Source: the human T2T-CHM13v2.0 reference genome, Homo sapiens
Length of the DNA: 64,000 bases
NCBI RefSeq assembly: GCF_009914755.1
Contig: NC_060933.1
Direction: 5' to 3' (one strand)
The notes under the pieces are model-generated. The model saw only the letters and a list, made by a program, of their open reading frames with translations. It did no database searches and was not told where the DNA came from. The position numbers and the translations under genes are program-made. Shown here piece by piece: positions 1 through 13,348 of the stretch (its first letter is position 1; every line of letters starts with the position of its first letter).

Positions 1-1289
1 AGCTTAAGTATGGGGCAATAACTGAACCCATCACCAGGAGCAACTTGCTGCCGTGTGGTCTTGCGGGGGCACCACAGTGAGCCCCACCTCGGGGTGGCTC
101 ATCACACACAGTCCAGTGAACCAGAAGCTGCTGGGATGAAGCAAGAGCAGATCAGAATGACTCAGAGCCTGAGTCCAACCTCCTTGTTCTACAGGTGAGA
201 AGGTCACCCCAGACAGGGAGAGGCTCAAGACCTCCAGCGAGTCTATGTCCCAGGCGGGCTTCCTCATTTAGCATCAGTGGCCACAGCCCGTGCTACCATT
301 CCCTACCCATCTTCCCACAGGAAGACAGGCAATGCTGGGTCTTCCCACTGCAGGGCTCCTGTGGCCAGATGAGGCCCTTGGGAAGCCTGGCACTCATCTT
401 GCCGGGCCATTGCATGGGTTAGCTGTGGCTGCAAAGATGCTATATAGCAAACAACTACAACAGCTCACATTTAGCACACCAAGCACACATTTAGCAATAC
501 GACAGAAGCATGGATTTGGCTCCACGCCTGTGATTCAGCTGAGGTTTGACTGAGGATGGGATGATGGAGACTGAACTCGATGGAGCAACCTGACTGCCTC
601 AGGTCCTGGAACAACAGCCATGTGAGTGCCCCAAGGAGGCACATTCATCCTGGGGCAATATCAGATGTATACGAGGGAAGCAGTAGCGCAAACACACACT
701 CTGAGCATCAAGGCCCTAGACCACAGCTGCATCCCACTTGTCCAAGCAGTGAAGGGTAGGGAATCCAACCTCCTTCCAGGAGCAATTGCAAAGGACACAG
801 ATACCAGGGAATGAGGAGCTGAGGCCATGAAAGGACTCGGCTTCAGCCCTCCTTCCATGGACCCACGCAGAGCACCATGAGCCAGAGGAGGGAAGTAGCA
901 CGCCGATTGTAATAGTCACCAGGGCACACTTTAGAAAAGTATAACTTGTCCATCATTTTGTAGCTATGGCTTCTTTGAGCACCGCAAAGTATAATCGGTC
1001 AGAACAAGGCCCACTGCAAGAATAATGTTAAATACATAAGATCCCGAGGCCCACAGCTCTGGCCAAGCCTGAAGGTGGTGCCCACAGGGCTGGAATTTGG
1101 AAAAACCTACCTAATCCATGCCATCTCCTGCCCAGAGAACATTTGTATTTTTAATAGGGACCTCCAAGGAAGAAACCAAAGGCATGACAGATGGTGATAT
1201 TTCAGGCCCTATATGAAATGAGGTGAGGTGGGAGAGGCACCTCAAATCACTAGAGACAAAAGTAGCTTTGGAACACACAGATAAGGGCA

Positions 1290-1800
1290 AGCCTTGGCTA
1301 GTGTCAAGATTCAAGGAAAAACCACCCCAGAGCCCCAGCTCCCAGCATAATGAGGTTCACATCCATGGTATGGCAAGAGCTGCTGTGAAATCACCTAAGG
1401 GTCTTAGTTGACCACAAGCTGAAATGAAGACTTCACGGCTAAACAGAGATACGGTCTCAGGCTGCACAAAGAAAATTAGGTTTTCTCAGAAGCTGAGAGG
1501 GGTGGCACTTACACTCTAGCTGGAGAGAACTGCTATCCTCCTCCATCTCAAGAAATGTCCTCTGTTTCTTGCTCTACATTTTGTAAAGGACATTAACAAA
1601 CCATCATTGGGCATTGGCAGTATTCAGTAAACAGCTCCTGTCCCAGGGATGGAGGGAGGTGGTTCAGAGATGAGACCAAAACCAGCAGGAAACAGTCATC
1701 TCAAGACCAGAGGGCAGAGCCGAGGTGACCCACCTGCGGACGAGCTGCTACAGGGCCCCTCTGGTCTGTAGTCCAGATCCGTGCTCTTTCAGCCTAGAGA
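1290..1800 (+). mobile_element. Old LINE fragment (L3/CR1-like)
   Basis: GGGTCTTAGTTGACCACAAGCT...TCAGGCTGCA...AAAGGACATTAACAAAC resembles CR1 ORF2. Confidence 0.5.
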
Positions 1801-2234
1801 CTCCAAGGATGGACCCAGGCCCATAGTGTCGTCGAGCTCTACTTTAAGGTGTCAGGAGCCCAGGTTCCAGAGAGGATACTGAGGCCAAGAGGGCGTGGGA
1901 GCCATAGAACTGGGTGCACAGTGATGATATCTTGGTGACAAGTGGCAGAAACCAAATGCAAACCAAAAATAAAGAGAAGCGCATTCGCTCAATTAAGTGG
2001 AGAGGCAGCAAGGGACGTGGCAGCAGAAAGCCCTGCCCACAGCTCACAGTGTGAGAGGTGCAGCCAGGGCACAGGCTGCCAGCTCCAGGTCAGAGAGTCC
2101 ACCAGCAGGCGGGTCTCATTCCAGGAAGAGACTTGCAGGAAAGAGGTGCCAGAGCTCCTGGGGAAGCTGCAGCTGGGTCTCCCTCTCCTGGACCAGTTCT
2201 GCCTCTGGTCCTGGCCCATGGAGGATGTTTGCAT

Positions 2235-2310
2235 GAAAGAAGGAAGGAAGGAAGGATGGATGGAAGGAAGGAAGGAAGGAAGGAAGGAAAGAAGGAAGGA
2301 AAGAAGGAAA
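2235..2310. repeat. (GAAG)n microsatellite
   Basis: Visible directly. Confidence 0.95.
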
Positions 2311-3529
2311 CAATGGTCTTCGAATACAGGTGGCACGGCACAGGACACGGCACTGTGACTGTGTACTCCAGCACTTTAAAGTCCCTGCACCCAGGCCCGG
2401 ATCCAATCCCCCACAACAAGACCTCCCCAACCTCACTGTGCCTCACCACAGGCCCTACCACGCTACAAGATGCCCTCCCACACCCTACCCCAGCCCTGCC
2501 ATAGGCCCCACCTCATTCCAGGCCTCTCCAGGGCCCCACCCCATCAGAAGCTCCACCCCAGGCCATCCTGCCTCACTCAGCACTCAACACTCAGCTTTGT
2601 ATCTCGTGCTATGACCTCCTCCATCTCCAACTGGGGTCCTGGCATTCCTATGCCCAAGGTCCCACCATGACCCCCCATCACTCTCACTTCCCAGCTGAGT
2701 GAACCTGGACGAGGCCTCAGTTACCTCCTCTACAGGATGGGGTGCCTGCCTACACTTGGAGATCAGCCTTCCCAGCTGCTTTGTGGAGTGCCTGCCACGC
2801 GGGGTGGGACCACAAACCAGAGATACAGGGGTGCACCCAGGGGACTATTCCTGGCCACCACCCTACAACACAATCCCAGAGGCCAGCTCTTTGCATTTTG
2901 TAGGGGATTTTCCTACTGACTCCCCACTCGGTGTCCCCATGGCATGGCTTTATGGTGTCTTTCCTCCTGTTCCAGGACTAGCTCCCCAATTTCACACAGG
3001 CACCTGCCCCCCTTCTGCATCTGTATGGTTCCAATGGATCAGACCCTGTCCTAGTGCAGGGGTCCTGATGCATTAGCCCGCCTAGCACCATGATAGGCCA
3101 CGAATGCACAAGACAAAGTTCACCCAATCAGAGCTCACTCAGAGCCTCGGCTGGCGTCGGTGGGAAAGAGGTCATGCCCCTTCCTCTGACCACTGAGAGG
3201 ACACAAGTCTTCCCTAGGTGCCCATGCCAGCTCTGACTTTGCAAGGGGAGAGACCATCTGAGAATAAAGCTGGCAGAGAGGGGCACACTGGAGCCACTGG
3301 ATCCAGCTGTGCCTGAAGGCAGACCTATCCTGGATTTGTCAGCTACACACTTCAGCCTTGGACTTGGATTTCCGATGCCTTCAATGAGATGAGAAAATCG
3401 AGTCTCAAAGGGCCTGGGATCTAAACTGGGACAAAGGTGAGCAGACACTGGCCTCAGGTCACATGACTCCAAATGCTGTCCTCCACCACGTGATGGCCTC
3501 CGCACTCCGAAAGTGCTGAAGGACGTGAA

Positions 3530-3800
3530 TTTGTGTGTGCAGGTGTGTGAGTGCTTGTGCATGTGAGAACGTGTGTGTGGACCTGTGTGTTTGTGTGTGT
3601 ACATGTGAGGATGTAGTGTGGGGGTGTGCATGTGTGTGTGAGCAAGTGTGTGCATGTGAGTGTGTGTGTGCATGTGAGTGTGTGTGTACATGTGAGAATG
3701 TGGTATGAATGTGTGCATGTGAGTGTGTGTACATATGAGAATGTAGTGTGAGTGCATGCATGTGAGTGTGTGTGTGAGTGTGAGTGTGTGTGTATGTGCT
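3530..3800. repeat. Degenerate (TG)n low-complexity repeat
   Basis: TGTG runs punctuated by CATGTGAG units. Confidence 0.9.
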
Positions 3801-4789
3801 GTGATTTCCCTGAGCCCCCAACAAACAGACAAAAGCTCACTGAAGGCAGAGGGTAGAAGCCAGAGGGCTGGCACACCTGTGAGGCTTCCTACTGAGTGCC
3901 CCAGGAGCTAGGGACATGTTGCATCTGGCGGCAGTTCTGGGAGAAGTTCTGGGATGTGCTACAAAGCACCAGAAGCCCCTGCTCCCCGGACCATCCACCC
4001 GAGGCCCAGTCACATCCTGGTGCATTGCCCAGCTCCGTGGAAAGGACAGTGGAGGGAGGCACTGGCCTGGAGTCAGGACACCATCTACTCCCTAACCTTC
4101 TGCCCCACCACCCCCACTCCCGCCCCTGACTTGCCGAAGGAGCCAACAGCTTTTACCAGGCATGAAAATCAAGACCTGGGAGGGGTGGATTCCCAGGAAG
4201 AGGCTTCAACTAGCAGCAACCTGAGCCCTGGGAAGCCTGCGCCTGGGTCTTTCACAGGGGGAGTTCCATGGCTGAGAGCCGACCATGACTCCTCGGCCAC
4301 CCGCCTCCTCCCCTCAATGACCGTTGGTGCTGAGACAGGTGACATCTTGTGCTCCAGGGCCTGGGCTTCCTGCCACCACCTCTCCTTCACTTCCAGAAGC
4401 CTCTGTGTGGACTCCATCCCCCATCCCCATGCAGTCTGTACCCTAGGCACTCCTCACTGAGATCAAATCCTCTCCTCTCAACTCACCCCCACCGCCTTTC
4501 TCACGCCCAAATGAGACCTGTGCTCTGATGATGGACACCCTCCCTCATCACCTAGGGCGCTCAACTCCAAATTCTTTTTGCCGAAACCACCCCAGGAAAG
4601 GAATTTCGGGACCCCCACCCAATGGGTAGGTTTACTTATCTGGAAAAGATCTGCCCATCCTGCTCCCACTCGATAATATCTGGATGTGCAGCAAAAGTTT
4701 AGGCAGCCTGGTGCTCAGCGTGAAGCCCTATCTGAATGGAGGACTCGGTGAGCTTGGGGCTCTGATGCAGATGTCCTCACAGCCAGGGT

Positions 4790-4920
4790 GGCCTCTAGGA
4801 TCTGTGAGACCTTGGGAGAGTTGCTTCACCACTCTGTGCCTCAGTTTCACCACCTGGAAAAGGGATGCTAACAATCATTCTTACCACCCAGGGCTGCTCT
4901 GTGGACACTGAGCTAACTTG
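4790..4920 (+). mobile_element. MIR fragment
   Basis: GACCTTGGG...CTCTGTGCCTCAGTTTC core. Confidence 0.65.
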
Positions 4921-5430
4921 CATGGACCCCCAAGGGAGCCTGGCTCCCACCGAAACGTTACTATCTCCAGGGCTTGTGTCATTGATGCTGTCTCAATAGG
5001 CCCTGGCCTGACTTAAGGCAGCTGCCCATCTTGGGTCACGTTGGTTCTGTTAAAACTGGATAATGTTACCCACAAAGTTCCCTATGAGGACCTGCGAGAA
5101 GGTGCCAGAGACAGGGCGCAGCCGCATTTCAGAGTTTAACAGTAGTCATGCCCAGTTTCTTTCCCATGCCTCTAGATTTTAAAATGCAATATTTGTTGTT
5201 GCCACCACCCCTAACCTGACCCCTGGGCTGTACACACCCCACCATGGAGACCCTGGTCCACAGACATCACCTGCCCTCCCAGATTTGGGCGTGGCCTTCT
5301 CACCTCTGCCTCATGTGCCCCTTCTGTCCCCTCCCCAGCTCTCTGCCCAGCAAGGGCTGCCTCCACCTCCCAACTTGGCCAGGCGGCCTTTGCAATGCCT
5401 CTGCCGCCCTCTCCCACCTGGCCAGTTGCC

Positions 5431-5733
<303 letters not shown>

Positions 5734-5905
5734 AAGCTGGCTAATTTCAACTCAGCCTTCAAATAGCACCTCCCCAACCCAAGTGGAAATACACCCTTTC
5801 TACTGTGGGCACCCCCTCCGTCCCTTGGCACTCACCAATCTCCCTTGAGTCTGTGCAGTGTCTGTGTCCCCCAACCCCCTCCAAGCAGAGTTGAGGTGTC
5901 TCTTA

Positions 5906-6090
5906 CCAGCATTTCTCAAACGGGGGCAAGTTTGGGTCCCCTTTACAACATCTGGAGACATTTTTGGTTGTTATGACTTAGGGGGTGCTCTTGGCATCTG
6001 GAGAGTGGAGGCCAGGGATGCCACTCAGCACCCTGCAGTGTACAGGACCACCCCCACCCGGGAGAACGATCCAGCTCCGACATCAGTCTT
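5906..6090 (+). mobile_element. MER20 (hAT-Charlie)
   Basis: TCTGGAGACATTTTTGGTTGT...GAGGCCAGGGATGC...GTGTACAGGAC. Confidence 0.8.
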
Positions 6091-8647
6091 TTCGAGGCCA
6101 AGACCCAGTCCGGGCCCAGTGTCCAGCCAAGGCTGGCACCCAGAAGTGCTGGTGGGGTTTGCTGAATGGAGCAGCAGGCAGGGCCCCTCCTGGGCTGCAG
6201 CACTCCCGCCCCAATTACTTTTCTCTTCCCCTAATCCTGTTGTCAGAAGACAGCCAAGGAAAACACGCACAAGTCCCCACTGACCGGTGCACGCAGCCTT
6301 GAAGAATTAGGTTTCGCGGTAATTAAGCTCATCCGGTACATGTGCGGCAAGGTCTGGCCATGCCGCCTCTTGCCAGCCCCCTGCCCCAGGACATGATGGG
6401 GACACGGTGATGGGTGATGGGGTGAGGGGATGCTGGGGGAACAGATTCTGGGGGTCAGGAGTGAAGAAGGTGGCGGGTGATGGGATGTTGAGGGTGTCGG
6501 GATGGAGGTCTGGGGCTGATGAGGTGACAGCAGTACTGGAGACAGGGCAGCGCCTCCCACGTCCTTGACTGGGGAGGGTCTTGGTGGATATCAGATTGCC
6601 TGGGCCAGTCACGGCCCCCAGGCCCACGAGGAGGAGGAGGGTGGCTCAGGAGAGCGGAGGCCCGGCTGGGCTGATGGCTGCTGCTCCCGCACCCCCAGCT
6701 GTCCTCTTCCAAGCCCCCTCCAGGCCAGACACTCCCCCTGCATGCAGGCCCCTCATCTTCAGGAGCCTTGCCTTTCTGTCTCTTTTTGTCCTTTTCTCTT
6801 TCTCTTTCTTTCAGCCTCTCTCCCTCTAGGCCCCTTTTTCTCTCTCTGCCTCCATCTCTCCTTCCCTGTCTCTCTCCATTTTCTCAGTCTCTGCCTCTCT
6901 GTCTCCGCATATCCAGGTCTCGCCCTCTTTCTGATCCCCTAGCTCTGCTTCTCTGAACCTGTGTACCCACCTCAGACTCCTTCAGCCCCCACTTTTCCCA
7001 GAACCACTCCTTTCCCCACCCCTCCTTCCCAGGTACTGGAGTCTGAGGGTCTGGCGGACACCTCCATGGCCTGGAGGCACATGGGTGGACAGGAGCTGTC
7101 CATGTGCAAGGATTCTGGGGAGCAGCGGGCAATGCTGGAGCAACTTCAGGTCTGGGTTCTGGCTGTGCCTGACTCTCCCCTCTCTGCACCTCAGTTTCCT
7201 GCTGGGGAACTGGAGAGCTGGGGGCATCTGTCCCCACACTCCTGCTACTCTGCTCCACACCCAGGGGCCTGCGCTGTTTTGGCCAAGGGGCTCGCCTATC
7301 CTGGGCTCATAGTCCTCTGCGTTTCCAAGTTGCATCAGCACCACTAGGACTCTGCCAGCAGGAAGGGGGTGGACCCGAGAGACTTGGCCAGGCCAAGCCA
7401 TGACCCCATCATTTTGTCTTAACACATAACCACACCCAGTGCATGGACCCTGCGTCTGTTCCCTGAGAGGAGAAGAGACTTCAATAGAGAGCTAGCAGTT
7501 TCTCCACAGGCCTTAGGATGGCACTTGATTAATCTCTGTGTTTGAGAGACTTGGACTAGACTGGGACAACCATGCTGGCCCCTATGTATTGCCCCGGCCT
7601 GTGTGGGAGCCTGGGGTACAGATGGACGGTGCCTTATGCCTCCAGGTCCCCATCCCTGAGCCCCGAGCCATGTGCCGTACACTGGGAGGGTGCCAACGAG
7701 AGGACTTTAGGAGCTTCTAATTCCCCCCCAGTGCAGGGATTTCCCCCACATGCCACCCAGATGTGCCCACCCAGCCCCGGCAGCCTCTCAGGGAGCCCAA
7801 CAAGGGCAGAGCCCACGTGGGAGGATGGAGGGGCCCAACCTGACTACTCCTGTCAGCTCAGGGACACACAGCACCCCCACCGGACCTTCCTCTTCGTGCT
7901 CTAAGCCACCTTTTCTTCACCATCGCTGTGCCCCGCTGAGGCCTCGACCTCTCTCCCAGACTTCAGTACAAGCTCTCATATCACCTTCCTCTGCCCTCAC
8001 CACCTCCAGCATCTCTCTGCAGCAGTGGTCCTCCTGGATAGGACTCTGACCATGTCCCCACTGAAGGGCAACATGGAGCCCCCTGAGCACCCAAGCCCGG
8101 CATGGAGGTTGATGGTCAATCTCAGGTCCCACACTCCGACTGCTATTGCTGCAACCTTAGAAACGCGGCAAACCAAGAGCCTGTACCTGATGTCCGGCCT
8201 GTGGTAGCTGAGATGGGAAGCTGTGGTTGGCAGCGATGGGCTTGGGCATATTGACAGTGTCAGGCCCCTACCCACACATCAACCCCTGTGACCCAGAGCA
8301 ATCTGAGCCTCAGGATCCCCCTCTGCTCCTGATGAGCAAGTGACAGAGGGCCCCCATGCACAGCAAGTGGCAGGGGTGACAGGAGGAGGCCAGCCAACGG
8401 TGCACCACCTGTGCACCAGGGTTGCATCAGAGATCTATAAATGAGCAGTAAGAAAGAACTACAAAGGTCAGTGTTAAAATTTCACTCGCCATTGATGACC
8501 CGGATGGCTTCTTTGCCGAATCAAATGCTGGAAGGACATTGCCTCTGTTCCTGTGCTAGTCACAATGCAATGGCTTCAGATCCAGGGCACTTTTAACCTG
8601 AATCTGCATTACCAACATCTTCCCCATCATTTTCTTCCATTCAGACC

Positions 8648-8862
8648 ATAGGTTTGTCAACAAAGGCTCTCAGGCCGAATCTAGCCTATGGCCTGCGAGT
8701 TAAGAATAGTATTAACATTTGCAAAGAGCCTTAGCAGAAGAGGAAAGAAGACAGAGAAGAAGGAAGAGGGAGGGGAGAGGGTGACAGCAGGTGCAGCAGC
8801 CACCATAAGTAGCCGGCAAAGCCTAGAATGTGACCTCTTGTGGCAAAGTTTGCAGACCCTTC
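8648..8862 (-). mobile_element. MER58-family hAT-Charlie element
   Basis: GGCCGAATCTAGCC...GAGTTAAGAAT...AAGTTTGCAGACCCT termini. Confidence 0.55.
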
Positions 8863-9605
8863 ATTTAGACAACCTATCAAACAATAAATTGAGCCTTGAT
8901 TTGTAGTATTTACAGCTCTCCACGACATTTGTGGCCGGTTTTAAACTACTAACATGCAGTCACTGAGCACGGTTTTGGGAAGAGAGGCCAGGGGCAGCCG
9001 TCACGCCGTACCTCCCATGCAGGTGCACACGCAGCAGGACTTGCAGAGCACAGATAACAGCAGCACAGCCACCCTTGGTTCTAAAACAGCATATATAATT
9101 CATTTAATTGTACATTTATATAATTGACTTTTCATAACGACTGTGTTAATGCCTGGCTCACACATCCCTGCAGTGCCACAGCCAGCCGGCGCAGACTCCT
9201 CCGCTGATATGGGCAGTGCTGGATGCAGGTCAGAGTCACAGGAGGCAGCTCTGTGGCACCAGCCACATTTCATCACTGGAGAAACTTCCACTGGCTAGTG
9301 CTGCTCCAGCCTTTCTTAAGGCCTTGTTTAAATGTTCTGTCCTTTTCTAAACTGGGCCACACCTTGACAGAGAAGCTTGTATGTCTGAACATGGAACATT
9401 AATAGGGGAGGGCCCTGGAGGGCCAAGAGGGTGGTGGCAGTAATAACTGGTATGAGACCCCATCATGGGAAACGGCACTCAGCACAGGGCAGGCTTACAA
9501 ACCAGGTGCTTCCGCTGCGTAAGAATGTCCCTGAATGGCAAGTGCTGCAATCCAGGTATAACTGTTTAGCCCTTGTCACAATGCTCAAAAAAGATGTGTT
9601 AAACA

Positions 9606-9899
9606 GACAGGGTGCAGTGGCTCATGCCTGTAATCCCAGCACTTTGAGAGGCCAAGGCGGGCAGATCACGAGGTCAGGAGTTCAAGACGAGCCTGGCCAC
9701 CATGGTGCAACCCCATCTCTACTAAAAATACAAAAATTAGCAGGATATGGTGGCACACACCTGTAATCCCAGCTACTCAGGAGCCTGAGGCACAAAAATC
9801 GCTTGAACTGGGAGGTGGAGTTTGCAGGGAGCCAAGATTGCACCACTGTATTCCGCCTGGGCAGCAGAGTGAGACTCTGTCTCAAAAAAACAAACAACA
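9606..9899 (+). mobile_element. AluS
   Basis: Full Alu with TSD AAAAGATGTGT(T/C)AAACA. Confidence 0.95.
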
Positions 9900-9989
9900 A
9901 AAAGATGTGTCAAACAAATTTATATTCATATAAACACAGTTACGCTCCACCTGGAGCTCGGGTTCAAATCCTGGCCCTACTGCTGTGAG

Positions 9990-10441
9990 TAACTGTTATG
10001 GACACCTGCTGGCACCTCTCCTTCAGGTGCAGCCACCAATTGTCGTTGAGAACGCCCCCAGCCTCAGCCTATGTGGTTTACAAGGGACTATCCAGGCCCT
10101 GGGATGCCCAGGTCTGTCCCAGCAGGCCCAGCACCGACCTGCCCGCCACTGTGACTGTTACAGCAGTGACCACAAGCTCCAGTCAGAGCTCCTCCTAGGC
10201 CTTTTCTCGGACTCTTGGAAAAAGAGGCTTTCACTTAAGGCTGCTGACAGGCTGGGAGGGCTCCTACCAGGCCTGGGCCACCACAGGGGAAGGGGCAGTG
10301 CCCAGCTGAAGACCTGTTCCCTTCCCTGGAGCTGCCTGAGTTCCTGGGCCCTTCAGTTATGCAAGCCAAGAAGTCCCCTTCTATGTTTAAACCAGTTGGG
10401 GTTGGCTTCTGTCACTGGTAACCAACAGGGTCTTTGTTAAC
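9990..10441 (+). mobile_element. Old MaLR LTR (MLT1J/K/L-like)
   Basis: 3' end TGTTTAAACCAGTTGGGGTTGG...TGTCACTGGTAACC. Confidence 0.5.
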
Positions 10442-12307
10442 ATGGCAGGTCATTTAATTTCAACTTCCCCATCTGTAAATCAGAGGCCACCCCAGCTTCT
10501 CCAAGACTGACTGTGAGGACAAACCCTGCCATCCCAGATCTCTGACAAGAAAGTAGGCCCCAGAAGTCTAGGGTCAGAGGCTATGGCTAGGGAACCAGGC
10601 AGCCCAGCAAAAGCCTGGCCAGATGCCGGGCAGGATGGCTGAGCAGGAGCAGGTGGTGGAGAGCCACTGAAGCAGGAGGAAGAGTGGCATGGAAGGAATC
10701 TAGATCATGGCCTTCCATGTTCAGTTACTGATATGGAGTCTGGCCCAGGCCTTCTAGGAGACTGGAGAAGGGTCACACGGGGCCGCTTACCTCATGGTGG
10801 AGTAGGGGGAGGGCGGGGCAAGTTGCAGCTGAGGACATGGGGCAGGCTCCAGGAGGGCCGACACCTGAGCTGGTGGTCTAGCGCACTCATTCAGCACACT
10901 CCCAGATGCGGTCCACCCTTCGTGCCTGCCCTCCGTGCCCCACCATTTGCCTGAAAGCCTCCTAGGGCTCACACAGTCACAGCCGAGCCCCAGGCACTTC
11001 AGGCCTTTCCCCATGGCTGCCCCTTACTCCTGCGGGCATGGCTTCTACAATCCTAGCTCTCCGGGCCTCCCTACCAGGTGACCTCCTGCTTCACCTTCAA
11101 GGCCCAGATCTAGTGTCTCCTCCTCCACAAAGCCTTCCTTGACCTCCCACTGAAATCAGGCTCCTCACCACAGCACTTGTCACGAATGTCCCATGGGTCC
11201 TTTCCCCAGGAAGGGCACAGGCTGCACCACACCAAAGCCAGCACCCAGGCCTCACCCCCACCAGCAGAGGGTGGGCATTAAGAGGGCAAAAAGGCAGGGT
11301 CTGCTTTCTCTGACCGCTGCCTGAGAGCTCCTCTGAGGAAGGCCAACACACAGAGGCATTTCTTTCATTAAAAAAATGAACAGAAGAAAGAACGAACAAA
11401 CACCGGAAAAGAGGCGTTCTTGGAAGTAGCTTGCATGCTGGACCCAGCTGGGCGGGCAGCTTTTCCCTCTTCTGATTTTCCTATCCCGCTCCATCTTGGT
11501 CAGATACCCAATACTTCCTTTTGGAGAACACATACATTTGTTTGACTTGGAATATTGAATTTGGAGGCCGTTCAGCAATTTCAAATTTCAGGAGTGGGGC
11601 AGTGGGGAGACACTGTAAATTAAAAAATTCTTTCCTCTTCAGTTTCTACCCAAGATTGTATATTTTTTGATGGCAAAATTAGGGATTAACTATAAACATC
11701 TGTTTGTTCGATACTGACATGGTTGTGAGAACAATTACCAAAGCCATTGGTGTAGGGGGAGGGTTCGGATGCTTCAAGTCCGCAGTGGAAAGCTCTCGGT
11801 CTCCTACCAGGGCTCTGGAAGAGGGGGACGGGGGAGAGGGGACAGGGAGTAAGAGGGAGAGATTCAGGAGAAAGCAACAGGGACAGTCCCTCCGACCATC
11901 GCCCTCCTCCACGACACCCCAGCGCTGGGCAAGTGTCCCTCTCTTCCCGCCCCAGCCCTGCCCTTTCTGCTCAGTCCTTGTCACCTGAAGCCTTACTCCT
12001 TCAACAGCCTCCCACAGGTCCTTTCTGACCACCTGCTCTTTGTCAGGCACTGTGCTAGACTCAGGATACAGCCATAGACAAGATAAAAGCGTGACTGCTC
12101 ACACAGCCACCACACTGTGTGTGAAGGAAGAGCCACCAGCCTACTCAGATCATGACTCTGTTCATGACAGTGATGACACGCAGGTGCCCCAGCAGAGACA
12201 CGGGGACAGCCATGTCCATGAATGACAGGCCCTGATGGGTCTGTTGAGGAAGGCTCTGCAGAGAATGATCTTCAAGTAGAGTGTGGAAGGATAAACAGGA
12301 ATTAACT

Positions 12308-12603
12308 GCTAGGCACAGTGGTTCACACCTGTAATCCCAGCACTTTGGGAGGCCAAGGCAAGTGAATCACTTGAGTCCAGGAGTTCAAGACCAGCCTGGG
12401 CAATATGGTGAAACCCCATCTCTACTAAAAATACAAAAATTAGCCAGGTGTTATGGTGTACAACTGTAGTCCTAGCTACTCAAGGGGCTGAGGTGGGAGG
12501 ATCACTTGAGCCCAGGAGGTTGAAGCTACAGTAAGCCGTGATCGCACCACTGCACTGTAGCCTGGGCAACAGAGCAAGACCCTGTCTGAAAAAAAAAAAA
12601 AAA
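12308..12603 (+). mobile_element. AluJ
   Basis: Dimeric Alu with J diagnostics (GGATCACTTGAGCCCAGG) and an A tail. Confidence 0.92.
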
Positions 12604-12770
12604 AGAGTAATTAACCAAGGAAGGGAAGTGGGGAGAGACTTCCAGGCAAATGGAGTGGCCTGTGCAAAGGCCCTGGGGCAGGAGAGTGTGTCTACTTGGG
12701 GCTGAGTACAGAGAGTCTGTTGTGTGGAGAATGTGGCTGAGGCTTAAAGCCCCTGGGAGCCCTTGAAGGA

Positions 12771-13348
12771 TTTTTTGTTTTGTTTTGTTTTGCTTTTTAT
12801 ATTACTTTAAGTTCTGGGATACATGGTGCAGAATGTGCAGGTTTGTCACATAGGTATACATGTGCCATGGTGGTTTGCTGCACCCATCAACTTGTCATCT
12901 AGGTTTTAAGCCCTGCATGCATTAGGTATTTGTCCTAATGCTCTCCCTCCCCTTGCCCCCCAACCCCGACAGGCCCCGTTGTGTGATGTTCCCCTCCCTG
13001 TGTCCATGTGTTCTCACTGTTCAACTCCCACTTATGAGTGAGAAGATGCAATGTCTGCTTTACTGTTCCTGTGTTACTTTGCTGAGAATGATGGTTTCCA
13101 GCTTCATCCATGTCCCTGCAAAGGACATGAACTCATTCTTTTTTATGGCTGCATAGTATTCCATGGTGTATATGTGCCACATTTTCCTTATCCAGTCTAT
13201 CATTGATGGGCATTTGGGTTGGTTCCAAGTCTTTGCTATTGTAAATAGTGCTAGAATAAACATGCATGTGCATGTGTCTTTATAGTAGAATGATTTATAA
13301 TCCTTTGGGTATATACCCAGTAATGGGATTGCTGGGTCAAATAGAATA
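12771..13348 (-). mobile_element. 5'-truncated L1PA (L1PA7/8-like) 3' end
   Basis: ORF2 C-terminus TIAKTWNQPKCPS..WHIYTMEYYAAIK; TSD CCCTTGAAGG at 12760 and 13349. Confidence 0.92.

Noticed and set aside
3128-3876. His/Thr-rich ORFs
   Set aside because: Translation of the (TG)n/(CA)n repeat
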